14,423 nt of DNA from a virus (IMGVR_UViG_2531839179_000017), one strand, 5' to 3'; positions 1 to 8,099 are shown, numbered from the stretch's first letter. Numbers and translations are program-made. The notes: generated from the letters alone by a model not told the origin.

Positions 1-165
1 ATGGCAAAGCCGATCATCACGCTCAATGGCCTAAAAATCGTCATTATGTTGGGAATGCTGGTCATTATTCTCTGCGGTATCCGTTTTGCCGCCGAGATCA
101 TCGTGCCGTTTATTCTCGCATTATTTATTGCTGTTATATATAACTTATTTCACATAACACGTTGA
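1..165 (+). pseudogene. Truncated 5' fragment of a host inner-membrane protein gene (AI-2E/PerM-type transporter-like N-terminus); 54 codons then stop
   Basis: ATG at nt 1; translation [45 protein letters not shown] is a hydrophobic transmembrane N-terminus that I recall as TqsA/YdgG-like (recall only, not verifiable here). From about nt 136 the frame runs into AT-rich sequence (IYNLFHITR) and stops at 163-165. Absent from the ORF track because it is under 60 aa. Confidence 0.5.
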
Positions 166-496
166 TTTAATTAAATAATTTTCACCGCAAAAAGTGCCAA
201 AAATCGCAAAATGACTACACCAGTGACTACACCGTTCGGTGCACTGTATGAAACAACGTGGAACAAATAGACACAAGAAATATACAGGCGGATCATCTTT
301 CCAGGGGGAAGCGCACCAATTCATGAGGGGCGTTAATGTCGATATGGGGATCCCCACCTACCGGAATTTTTTTCCGGTTAAACGTTAATCAGGCTGGTGG
401 GCTTTACCTGTTCGGTAGGTGTTATGATTATCGTAATACCTTTCCCCCAATGGGGTAAAAGCATCAACCGTAACGAAAGTCGTTATGGTTGCCACT

Positions 497-609
497 GATA
501 CCCCAAATTTGGGTATCACGAGTAAGACCCAAAATCTGGGTGTTACTCTTACTACCCAAACTACGGGTAGTTTCCGTAGTTTCATGGTCGAGTTGCAGAT
601 CTGCAACTC
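497..609. repeat. Array of three related stem-loops (497-517, 527-541, 552-570) followed by a perfect 20-bp palindrome (590-609)
   Basis: GATACCC-CAAATTT-GGGTATC, ACCCA-AAATC-TGGGT and CTACCC-AAACTAC-GGGTAG share an ACCC-AAA-N-GGGT core; GAGTTGCAGATCTGCAACTC is self-complementary. The ORFs called here overlap one another in three frames, so the region is treated as non-coding. Confidence 0.6.
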
Positions 610-902
610 CCCCATTAACCACAGGCGAATTTCCGCCTTCGGTCATTCCTTAATCATCTGCGTAATCATAATGATTATTCAGCAAGCGCAATTTTGCACT
701 TTGCTTAAAGTTCAGCGAGTTACCGCGCCGACTTCCTCAAATTGAGGTTTCCGAAAATATCAGCGGGTTAGCGATTAAGCTGATCATTAATTAAACTGCG
801 AAAATTTCGTAGTTTGTGACTGTCTTTCAGGCAGCTTGTTAACAGTCCTCAGAAGCGAGGGATGTAGCCACCCATTTTTGGTCCGTCGGGAATATCAACC
901 AG

Positions 903-1184
903 TTACCGCCGCAACCGCTCCGGCTTCTTCCAGTGGTACGTTATTTTCTCCTTCTCCCGATACATCTCCACGCGGCGACGGTAGGCCAGCAACTCAAGAG
1001 CTCTGGTTCGTATGTTGCGCATATCCACGCCATTAAGTTCTATACCATCACGGCGCATCACCTCAGCAACAACACGCGCATAGTTTTCGGCTGTCACGCT
1101 GTCCGGCTGCGTGGCCTGTTCGTCAGCCTGCTGGCTGATTCCGGCAACGCGGCGGATTAATCCCGTTATTTCGGCTTCTGTCAT
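903..1184 (-). CDS. Hypothetical protein, last gene of the packaging operon
   Basis: 93-aa ORF; ATG at 1184 preceded by TGAGG about 9 nt upstream and placed 14 nt after the large-terminase stop (1198-1200). No family recognised. Confidence 0.45.
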   Translation of the reverse strand: MTEAEITGLIRRVAGISQQADEQATQPDSVTAENYARVVAEVMRRDGIELNGVDMRNIRTRALELLAYRRRVEMYREKEKITYHWKKPERLRR

Positions 1185-1197
1185 GCTGCTGACCTCA

Positions 1198-2859
1198 TTA
1201 CACCCCGCTAAATTCTTCCAGTTTCTGGCGGTGGCTGTCGCTTATATCAAAAGCAAAATCCTCATGCTCTGCCTGGAATGTACCAAACGCCATCAGCGCC
1301 GCCACGCTCGGGTCTATCTTGTTCGGTGATTTTTTCTTGTTCGGCTTGATATTGGCGTTCGCGTCACTCTGCATCACGACGTTACTCATCGACCAGGACA
1401 ACACCGGATCGCCACGATGCACAATCACCCTGCGGTTAACAAAAACTTCGAACGATTTCGCCGCCGGACTGAATCTGAGGTAGGTTTGCGGGAACGGCTC
1501 CACCTCAAAACCTGCCCCCTGTAATTGCGTTCTGAGATGCGTGGCGTTCCACGTATCAAAGCCCACCAGCCTGATATTAAATTTCTCCGCGTCCTGCATG
1601 ATGTCATCTCTGATCCGGTCGTAATCAATGCAGTCGCCAGGCGTTGTGCGTATCCAGCCTGCTTTAGCCCACTGACGATAGATGGCGCGGTTTTTATTGG
1701 CGGGGTTCTGTAGCTGAAATTCCGGCAGATAGTGACGGGAAACCAGCATAATGGTTTTACCGACCGGAAAGGCATAGCACACGCTGGAAATATCGCTGGT
1801 TGATGATAAGTCCAGCCCCGCGTAACACTCCTGGCCGTGTAAATCTTCCTCCGTGAACGTTCCGGCACACTCAGCCCATGCGCCGTTACCCATCCACGGG
1901 GTAGCCCCCTGGCACCAGATATTAAATCGCTTTGTCATCATCTCCACCCACTGCGACGGAATACCCCGCGCTTTCTGGATGGTTGAGGCCAGTTTTTCAC
2001 GATCCACGGAAACATCGATGTTAGGGTTAGCCTTTATCCACATCGCCGGATCATCAACCTCGTTTTCGTCGTCCAGCTCGTAAATCAGCACAAAAATTGA
2101 ATCGTTGACCTCTTCGCCGTCCAGGATCTGGCAGCAATAATCATAGTGCTGTTTACAGGCTGAAACGACGTTACTGCCCGATGTGGTAATGGCAAATAAC
2201 AGCCCTTCGGGACGTGCGCCCATCCCCAGCTCAAGCGCGGAATAAACGCCGTTATCGGGGTGTAGGTGGTATTCGTCCACGATGGAAAGGCTGGGGTTTG
2301 TTCCCTCGATGGTTGCCGCTTTTGCTGCCAGCGGCTTTAACAGGCTGTTGCTTTTCGGGTGCATCACCTTGTGGGCCTGAATATTCACCCGCCTGCGTAA
2401 CGGTCGGGATAAAAGGCACATCTGACGCGCATCATCAAAAACGATCCGCGCCTGGTCACGGCTCACCGCTGCGGTGTAAATATCCTGCTGCCCGTTCTCC
2501 ATAATCAGAAACCAGTTAGCCAGAATCGCGGCGGTCGTGGATTTCGCATTTTTGCGCGGCACTTCGATAAAGGCGCTCGTATATTTGCGCCGTCCGGTGG
2601 CCTTAACCTTAAAGCCGAGGATGCACGCAAAGGCGAACTGCTGCCACGGCTCCAGCTCAATGGGGCTACCGCGCATTGCGCCTTTTACGTGCGGGCACAC
2701 CCTGGAAAAGGCAATAAACCGCTCCACAACCTCACGATCGAACGTGTAAAGGGGGCTTTCAAGGTCCGAAAAGTACCGTTTAACGGCCTGTTTCAGCCGT
2801 TTACAGGCCGGAATTTTGCCCGTTTTTACGTCTTCTGCGTACTTATTCCAGGCGGTCAA
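1198..2859 (-). CDS. terL: Terminase large subunit (HK97/Terminase_1-like ATPase-nuclease)
   Basis: 553-aa ORF with typical TerL N-terminus (TAWNKYAEDVKTGKIPACK) and overall TerL-like length and composition. First codon is TTG at 2859 with AGGA about 6 nt upstream; overlaps the terS 3' end by 17 nt. Confidence 0.85.
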   Translation of the reverse strand: MTAWNKYAEDVKTGKIPACKRLKQAVKRYFSDLESPLYTFDREVVERFIAFSRVCPHVKGAMRGSPIELEPWQQFAFACILGFKVKATGRRKYTSAFIEVPRKNAKSTTAAILANWFLIMENGQQDIYTAAVSRDQARIVFDDARQMCLLSRPLRRRVNIQAHKVMHPKSNSLLKPLAAKAATIEGTNPSLSIVDEYHLHPDNGVYSALELGMGARPEGLLFAITTSGSNVVSACKQHYDYCCQILDGEEVNDSIFVLIYELDDENEVDDPAMWIKANPNIDVSVDREKLASTIQKARGIPSQWVEMMTKRFNIWCQGATPWMGNGAWAECAGTFTEEDLHGQECYAGLDLSSTSDISSVCYAFPVGKTIMLVSRHYLPEFQLQNPANKNRAIYRQWAKAGWIRTTPGDCIDYDRIRDDIMQDAEKFNIRLVGFDTWNATHLRTQLQGAGFEVEPFPQTYLRFSPAAKSFEVFVNRRVIVHRGDPVLSWSMSNVVMQSDANANIKPNKKKSPNKIDPSVAALMAFGTFQAEHEDFAFDISDSHRQKLEEFSGV

Positions 2860-3199
2860 GCTCGTCCTCTTCTTCTGTTTCCGGTGGATTTTTACGGCGG
2901 CTTATCGGGTCAAAACCGAGCAAGGAGGCCATTTTTATCATCACTCTTTCAGCGTCGGATTTTGCGCTTAATGCGGGGTTTCTGCTCTCGCCGCCCTGAC
3001 TGTTAACAATGCTGAACCCGCGCGCCGCAAGGTCTGCAACGGCTTTCCGGTAAATGGAGTAGTTGACACAATACAGTTCCAGATTACTCCAGTCGGCGGG
3101 GGTAAGGTCTCCCCGTTCCGCAAGCTGCCGCGATTTTTCCCGCCACTGCTTCACGGCGATATCATCCAGGTAGGCGGGGGCTTTCGGTGGTCTTGCCAT
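2843..3199 (-). CDS. terS: Terminase small subunit (P27-family-like)
   Basis: 118-aa ORF, ATG at 3199; sequence MARPPKAPAYLDDIAVKQWRE...LELYCVNYSIYRKA resembles P27-family small terminases; sits immediately upstream of and overlapping terL. Weak Shine-Dalgarno. Confidence 0.7.
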   Translation of the reverse strand: MARPPKAPAYLDDIAVKQWREKSRQLAERGDLTPADWSNLELYCVNYSIYRKAVADLAARGFSIVNSQGGESRNPALSAKSDAERVMIKMASLLGFDPISRRKNPPETEEEDELDRLE

Positions 3200-3244
3200 G
3201 CTTATTTTTTCGCCAGATTATTTTTCAAAAAATTCCCGTGCATA

Positions 3245-3310
3245 AAAATTTGAGGAGGCGGTCGGTGCCCGGCGGGGTCGGGTTTGTCCTGAAAACGCCC
3301 CCCACCCCGT
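3245..3310. other. Candidate cos / packaging-initiation region in the HNH-terS gap
   Basis: About 290-bp gap between HNH stop (3489) and terS start (3199) containing a GC-rich block GAGGAGGCGGTCGGTGCCCGGCGGGGTCGGG flanked by AT-rich runs. In HK97-like cos phages the cos site lies between the HNH gene and terS. Position-based inference only. Confidence 0.3.
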
Positions 3311-3488
3311 CATACAGCCTCATCAGCGATTGCGGAAACATTCCATAACCTCGCGGTCACGGTCGGTTAATCGCTTCGCTGTGATGCGTTCTGCGCGTCC
3401 TGACGCTTTATCTTTATGCCCTGTTTCCTGTGTCTTCCATGCGTCACGCTGCCTTATAAGTCCACGGATAAGGCGGTTTTGTTCCCGC

Positions 3489-3929
3489 TCATTCATCAGC
3501 GTCATACATCCAGTTATTGCGGTTAGCGGCCCGTTCTTCCTCCTCACGGAATCCGCCAGCGGCACGCTTGCTTTTTGTTGCCGGATCAAGCCACTTCGTT
3601 TTCTGGTTATGACACGCCTGGCACAATGGCTGATGGTTCCATTCGGGCCAGAAGAGAACATCATCACCGCCATTAATCGGGATAATGTGATCCACCACCA
3701 CGGCGGGCGTATATATCCCCTTCTCAAGGCATCGCACGCATAACGGGTTTTTACTCAGATACATGGCGCGGTATTTGTCCCACTGTCTGGAGTACCCACG
3801 CGCGCGGCGGTGTCCTCGTCTGGCATCCTCTGCACGCCATGCCGCCCGCCTGTGCTCCTCACACTTGCCGGACTTCACGCGCCTGTTACAGCCTGGTTCT
3901 GTGCATCGTCTTAATGGTTGCCACGGCAT
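3489..3929 (-). CDS. HNH endonuclease (terminase-associated)
   Basis: 146-aa ORF, ATG at 3929; Cys-rich N-terminus (CTEPGCNRRVKSGKCEEH), catalytic-like DHIIP...N...W.E.NHQPLCQACHNQK motif; located directly upstream of terS as in HK97-type packaging modules. Confidence 0.8.
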   Translation of the reverse strand: MPWQPLRRCTEPGCNRRVKSGKCEEHRRAAWRAEDARRGHRRARGYSRQWDKYRAMYLSKNPLCVRCLEKGIYTPAVVVDHIIPINGGDDVLFWPEWNHQPLCQACHNQKTKWLDPATKSKRAAGGFREEEERAANRNNWMYDADE

Positions 3930-4225
3930 CAGTACACCCCCACATCACGGTAAGCCGTCCAGAGTGCGCCTATCGTCATGGGTACGCGTGTTTTTGCGTT
4001 ATCCGCGACAATCTGGCGATTTTCATACAGGTGAGCGATAAACATCATGCAGCCAATCTTTATGGCTGGCGTGAACGCCAGCCCGTCATCAAAGCGCCTG
4101 CCTATATGTATCTGGCACGCCTCAAGCGATGCGGCAATGTATCCGCTGATTAACTGGTCTTCCTCGTCGCCATCGATGCGGCAATGGAGTTTCACTTCTT
4201 CCAGGGTGATAAGTTCTTCTGTCAT
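3929..4225 (-). CDS. Head-tail connector protein (gp6-like)
   Basis: 98-aa ORF, ATG at 4225; stop overlaps the HNH start (TGATG). Size, position and sequence are typical of phage head-tail connector/DNA-packaging gp6-like proteins. Confidence 0.6.
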   Translation of the reverse strand: MTEELITLEEVKLHCRIDGDEEDQLISGYIAASLEACQIHIGRRFDDGLAFTPAIKIGCMMFIAHLYENRQIVADNAKTRVPMTIGALWTAYRDVGVY

Positions 4226-4560
4226 TTTTCCGCGCCCTCACGACAAAGAATTTCAAGGCGTGTCCTGGCGGCATCCGGCAGCGGCTGCCCGATGATATTC
4301 AGTACACGCCCCGCCAGCGGCCCCGTATTGACCTTTACCCGGCTGGTGGCGTTGATGTCCTTCCTGTAGCGTATCCATATCCTTACCGTTCCAGTCGCCA
4401 GTTCTGCACCCGATGAAATGGCCTCCTTGCTGCTGATCATGTTCACGCTTGCCCAGAGTGTGTGACCGTCCACCCACGTTTCGAGTATTTCGCCGGTTAT
4501 ATCCCTGGTCTGTTTCAGGGTCTGAATCGTTACCCTGTCACGCAGTCGCCCTATGTTCAT
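4222..4560 (-). CDS. Head-tail adaptor / head-closure protein
   Basis: Start chosen at ATG 4560 (MNIGRLRDRVTIQ...), which overlaps the portal stop as ATGA; the track's longer start at 4602 lacks a Shine-Dalgarno. About 112 aa, consistent with head-tail joining proteins. Confidence 0.6.
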   Translation of the reverse strand: MNIGRLRDRVTIQTLKQTRDITGEILETWVDGHTLWASVNMISSKEAISSGAELATGTVRIWIRYRKDINATSRVKVNTGPLAGRVLNIIGQPLPDAARTRLEILCREGAEK

Positions 4561-5768
4561 TCCGGTTTTTCTCCCTCGCTGATTTTTACTTCCTGTTTCC
4601 ATGCCTGGCTGAACTCATCACCACCATCACGCGGGGACAGCCCTTCACGTTCGCGGGCTTCGTTCGGGCACATAACGCCGGATTTGATGCCGCGTTCATA
4701 GGTGGCAAAGCGTTCGCCAGGAGTGGCCCGTAACAGGTCCGCGCTGTCAAACTCCACCTGATACCGGATACCAGGTACAGGTGAGGCCACCAGCAGGGCG
4801 TTTTTTATCTGCTGCTCAAAGTTCGCCAGCCACGGACGCATCGTCATGGTGAGAAATGCGCGGCTTGCCTCGCTGAAATTGCTGTAGGTGCTGTTGCTGT
4901 ATTCCTGCAAAAAAATCGGCGAGACGTTGAACATTCGGGCGATGTCTTCAATGGTGAAGCGACGGGAGGCCAGCCATTCAGCATCCTGATTACTCATGCC
5001 CAGCTGCTGATAGCTCATACCCCCTTCAAGGATGGGCGTTTTTCCGGCGTTTCTGGCCCCTTTGTAGCGTTCCAGTGCGGCTAATGCCTGTTTGCCCTTC
5101 ACGCCGTCCAGCCATTCGCCTGACGTGATAACCCCTGCCGCCATCATGCCATCACGCATCACGCTCGCGCCGTGGCGTTGTTGGGCCAGCCCAAGCCCCA
5201 GCGATTCGCGGCAGATGGTTACAGGTGAGCGCCCCATAAAACCGTCATCCGTGGAGTAACGAAGGTGGAGAACCTCCCACGGTAAATAGTTGCGGGTGTT
5301 TCCGGTGTAGGCGTCAGTGATGCAGTAGCGCCAGTTATGCTCACCTGTCTGCTCCACGTTCACCGACTGCGGCGGGTAAGGATGCAAAGCCACCGGAAAA
5401 CCATCACGCCCCCACTGAATCACCGCATAAGCATTACCGTTTAACAGGCAGTGGCGGATCATCATTCGCTTAAACTGGTAGGGGGTTTGCCATGCGTTCG
5501 GGCGCTCGTTGAGGATGTGATCGACCGGATGAGAATCAAGCCACTCTCGGGCCTCCTTCCCCTTCTCATTGCGTACCAGGTACAGGTAACACGGCATGGT
5601 AGCCACCGCCTCAGAGATGACCGTGACGGCGTTCATGACGGCGGGCAGTGATTCCGCTGTCCCCGATGATACGTACTCACCCGCCCCCGTGTTCGATGTG
5701 CCAGCCAGCGCCATAAACTCATCAAGCGTCATGCTGCGCTGCTCTTTTTTTCTTCTGAAAGGCCACAT
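4557..5768 (-). CDS. Portal protein (HK97 family)
   Basis: 403-aa ORF, ATG at 5768; length and conserved central region (YLPWEVLHLRY...GRSPV...) are typical of HK97-type portals; located between protease and adaptor genes. Confidence 0.85.
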   Translation of the reverse strand: MWPFRRKKEQRSMTLDEFMALAGTSNTGAGEYVSSGTAESLPAVMNAVTVISEAVATMPCYLYLVRNEKGKEAREWLDSHPVDHILNERPNAWQTPYQFKRMMIRHCLLNGNAYAVIQWGRDGFPVALHPYPPQSVNVEQTGEHNWRYCITDAYTGNTRNYLPWEVLHLRYSTDDGFMGRSPVTICRESLGLGLAQQRHGASVMRDGMMAAGVITSGEWLDGVKGKQALAALERYKGARNAGKTPILEGGMSYQQLGMSNQDAEWLASRRFTIEDIARMFNVSPIFLQEYSNSTYSNFSEASRAFLTMTMRPWLANFEQQIKNALLVASPVPGIRYQVEFDSADLLRATPGERFATYERGIKSGVMCPNEAREREGLSPRDGGDEFSQAWKQEVKISEGEKPE

Positions 5769-5769
5769 A

Positions 5770-6342
5770 TCACACCCCCGCTAAATCCGCCCACCAGCGG
5801 CGATTATCCGCACGCGGCATTTTTTCGGGGTGCTGCTCGTACAGGGAGCGGCGGGCCAGCTCCACGCCGGAATCAGGGTAAGCCGGTACGGATGTAACGG
5901 TAATTTCGTATAGTTCCGCCACCAGCACGGTGCGCACGCATGGATCTGTTGTGGTATCCCATACATCCTTACGGGAACGAAAGCCAAAGCTCATGCCGGA
6001 TATATCACCTCGTTTAACCAGTTCGATAACGTCGCGCCCTGTACTGGTATCCGGTGGGGTCAGTTCAAAGCGTAACCCTGTTTCGTCCTCTTCCAGTTTC
6101 AGCGTGCCGGAACGGGTGCGCCCCAGTAACATGCTGTGGTCATGCTCATACAGGCCGCGAACGTCATTACCCGCCGCAAGCCACTCAGTAAACGCCCCCC
6201 GCTGGAATTTTTCGTAAAACTCCCCCCATAGCAGTTCTGAAAGCTTATCCCAGCGAACAACGTAGCCCGTCAGCGTACCGGCTCCGCTGGTAGTGATTTC
6301 CGATGACCGGATTTCCATACTCTTCATAATTTTTTCACCCAT
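5770..6342 (-). CDS. Prohead maturation protease (HK97 family)
   Basis: 190-aa ORF directly downstream of the major capsid gene. Three in-frame ATGs (6342, 6327, 6318); those at 6327 and 6318 have better Shine-Dalgarno-like sequences. Sequence is characteristic of HK97-like prohead proteases. Confidence 0.8.
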   Translation of the reverse strand: MGEKIMKSMEIRSSEITTSGAGTLTGYVVRWDKLSELLWGEFYEKFQRGAFTEWLAAGNDVRGLYEHDHSMLLGRTRSGTLKLEEDETGLRFELTPPDTSTGRDVIELVKRGDISGMSFGFRSRKDVWDTTTDPCVRTVLVAELYEITVTSVPAYPDSGVELARRSLYEQHPEKMPRADNRRWWADLAGV

Positions 6343-6381
6343 AAAACACTAAAGGGGCTTTTAAGCCCCTTCTGTATGCTG

Positions 6382-7539
6382 TTAATCGTCGTCCTGTGGC
6401 AGTTCCAGAATCTTGATCGCGTTCGAATCCACCACGCCACCGCCTAAATATTTCTGCGTGAAAATTTTGATGAAGCCCGGCTCTGTGAGGTTGTCCGGTC
6501 TGGTGCGAACACCTGTTTCGTGATCAACAATGTAGTAACCGCGTTTGAAGTCACCCAGGGCAATAACGTTATCAGGCATAAACTCCAGATATTCGACCGG
6601 AAGGCCCAGCAACGTATCAGGATCACCCGCCTGTAAACGGTCGCGCCAGATGTAATCACCGTTCGCGTTCTTCACCTTCTGAAGTTTTGCCGCCGTCGTG
6701 GAGTTAACCACCCAGACCGCGTTTTTGCGGTATTTTTTACGTAATGCAAATTTCAGATCGATCAGCGGGTCCGCAGATGTCCACGCCAGAGATTCGGAAG
6801 GTTTAATTACCTGCAACGTACCAAAATCACGCTCTTTGTCGTTCTTCTCTGCACGGGGTACGGATAAAAAACCTTTTGCTTTTTTGTCACCGTCGCCCAC
6901 AACCAGATCGCTTTCTTCGGTTTCCGTGAAGGTGTCGCCAATCTCACCCGTCAGCCATGAAAGGATGTCCACATCGGAAAAATCCACGATTTCCTGTGTG
7001 GTGCGCGGGTACGCATAGACCGGATACAGCTTAATGCTCACCTCGTTAATCTGCGGGGTGCTGGTCTGTTCGCGTGTCTTACCCTCTTCACCGTGGTTAA
7101 CGGTCGCACCGCCAGCGGAAACAAGCTGCTTAAACTCGTTGCTGCTGATTTTCTTCACGGTACAGATGCGGCGCATGGTGGATTCATCCGTCAGCATTCG
7201 CATGATTTCGGTGTTCAGTTCGGGGATAACGGTATAACCACCATCAGCGGGAACGCCTGTACTTAATGCGCGGGTTTCACCTGTCAGAATGTAGTTGCGT
7301 AGTTCTGCGGGGTCAGTGGTCTGGCTGCTTTTACCTGGCTTGCTGCGCTCTTCGTCTGCAATGGCTTCAAGGCGGGAAATGTCTTTATCGAGGGATTCAG
7401 CTTTAGCGCGTAATTCGTCAAATTTTGCGCCCTCAGCATCGTTAAGACTGCGGTTTTCTTTTTCCGCGTTCTCCAGCATGTCGCGCATCTGATTTTTAAT
7501 GGCGGTTTTCTGCTGGCGTAATTCGATTATTCTCGGCAT
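6382..7539 (-). CDS. Major capsid protein (HK97 fold) with N-terminal coiled-coil delta/scaffold domain
   Basis: 385-aa ORF, ATG at 7539 with AGGA about 9 nt upstream; charged coiled-coil N-terminus of about 100 aa followed by an HK97-like capsid body. Confidence 0.85.
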   Translation of the reverse strand: MPRIIELRQQKTAIKNQMRDMLENAEKENRSLNDAEGAKFDELRAKAESLDKDISRLEAIADEERSKPGKSSQTTDPAELRNYILTGETRALSTGVPADGGYTVIPELNTEIMRMLTDESTMRRICTVKKISSNEFKQLVSAGGATVNHGEEGKTREQTSTPQINEVSIKLYPVYAYPRTTQEIVDFSDVDILSWLTGEIGDTFTETEESDLVVGDGDKKAKGFLSVPRAEKNDKERDFGTLQVIKPSESLAWTSADPLIDLKFALRKKYRKNAVWVVNSTTAAKLQKVKNANGDYIWRDRLQAGDPDTLLGLPVEYLEFMPDNVIALGDFKRGYYIVDHETGVRTRPDNLTEPGFIKIFTQKYLGGGVVDSNAIKILELPQDDD

Positions 7540-7546
7540 AAAAAAA

Positions 7547-7576
7547 GTCCTGGGGTTAAGTAAGGAACTCCAGGAC
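7547..7576 (-). promoter_or_regulatory. Hairpin in the capsid leader that sequesters the Shine-Dalgarno; attenuator-like
   Basis: On the mRNA strand: GUCCUGG, 16-nt loop, CCAGGAC, then U7, then AUG (7539). The AGGA ribosome-binding site lies in the 3' arm of the stem and the U-run runs into the start codon. Confidence 0.4.
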
Positions 7577-7628
7577 GCGGCAAAAACTCAACCGTTTTTC
7601 ATAAGGAAATCAGTAATCGCACCGATCG

Positions 7629-7678
7629 TTTTCCCGCCTGGTAATGAATATTGGCGAGCACATTAACAGGCGGGAAAA
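7629..7678. promoter_or_regulatory. Perfect 12-bp inverted repeat (TTTTCCCGCCTG ... CAGGCGGGAAAA) with 26-bp spacer upstream of the capsid operon
   Basis: Exact 12/12 complementarity at 7629-7640 and 7667-7678, in the 290-bp gap between the early operon terminator and the capsid gene. Confidence 0.5.
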
Positions 7679-7795
7679 TGGCCCCAGCGTCCTGGCACCA
7701 CGGGCGAGAATAATCATGATTCAGGTCGGGTAAAATATGCCGTTCCGGTCAGCGAGCAACGTGGAACAACCACGAACAAATAATTTACAAAACAT

Positions 7796-7820
7796 GACAA
7801 AAAGCCGGATTGCTCCGGCT
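7796..7820 (-). terminator. Rho-independent terminator ending the early/replication operon
   Basis: Minus-strand RNA: AGCCGGA-GCAA-UCCGGCU followed by UUUUUGUCAUGUUUU, beginning 6 nt after the TAA stop (7827-7829) of the PerC-like gene. Confidence 0.7.
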
Positions 7821-7826
7821 GTGTGA

Positions 7827-8099
7827 TTATCTGTCCTGGTAATTTCGCCATATTTCATCGCTTACACCATCTATACCCATTTCAGCATAAGTGCGATCTA
7901 CTGCCTTTCTCAGGTCTCCGAAGTTATCCGGCGGCTCCGGTGGCTTCTGTGCCTTCCTGGAACATTCCAGCCGTCGCATCGTAACCTGATGCCGTTCCTT
8001 GTCTGTCTCCACCAGCAGCATGACTTCACCCCATCGCGCCGCCGCCCTCCGGTAAAAGCCTTTCGCCTCGAGTTCTTCCGCTATGCGGTCATGTACCAT
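7827..8099 (-). CDS. PerC-family-like small transcriptional regulator
   Basis: Start chosen at ATG 8099 (MVHDRIAEELEAKGFYRRAAARWGEV...) with GAGGGGG 5 nt upstream; the track's longer ORF starts at a GTG inside the ssb gene. The AE.LE.KG..RRAA.RW motif matches my recollection of PerC/Pch-type activators (recall only). Confidence 0.45.
   Translation of the reverse strand: MVHDRIAEELEAKGFYRRAAARWGEVMLLVETDKERHQVTMRRLECSRKAQKPPEPPDNFGDLRKAVDRTYAEMGIDGVSDEIWRNYQDR

Noticed and set aside
385-745. Three mutually overlapping ORFs (385-615 minus, 464-646 minus, 485-745 plus) in the left arm
   Set aside because: They overlap in different frames across a region full of palindromes and hairpins; none has a convincing ribosome-binding site or protein-like composition. 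Region treated as non-coding.
836-1329. Plus-strand ORFs 836-1036, 933-1160 and 1111-1329 overlapping ORF 903-1184 and the terL 3' end
   Set aside because: Antisense to the operon's coupled minus-strand genes, no ribosome-binding sites, Arg/Ser/Cys-rich translations; considered shadow ORFs.
1425-2749. Several 60-150-aa ORFs on both strands inside terL (for example 1425-1868, 1525-1713, 1853-2083, 2214-2504, 2537-2749)
   Set aside because: Embedded within and out of frame with the 553-aa large-terminase gene; Arg/Ser/Pro-rich shadow-ORF composition.
3323-3743. ORFs 3323-3727 (minus) and 3330-3743 (plus) overlapping the HNH gene
   Set aside because: Mostly out-of-frame overlaps with the well-supported HNH gene; only the short distal part in the HNH-terS gap was kept as a low-confidence possibility in findings.
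253-7771. Identical 13-mer CAACGTGGAACAA at 253-265 and 7759-7771, both intergenic
   Set aside because: About one or more exact 13-mer coincidences are expected by chance in a 14-kb window on two strands; flanks do not extend the match. Not reported as a repeat.
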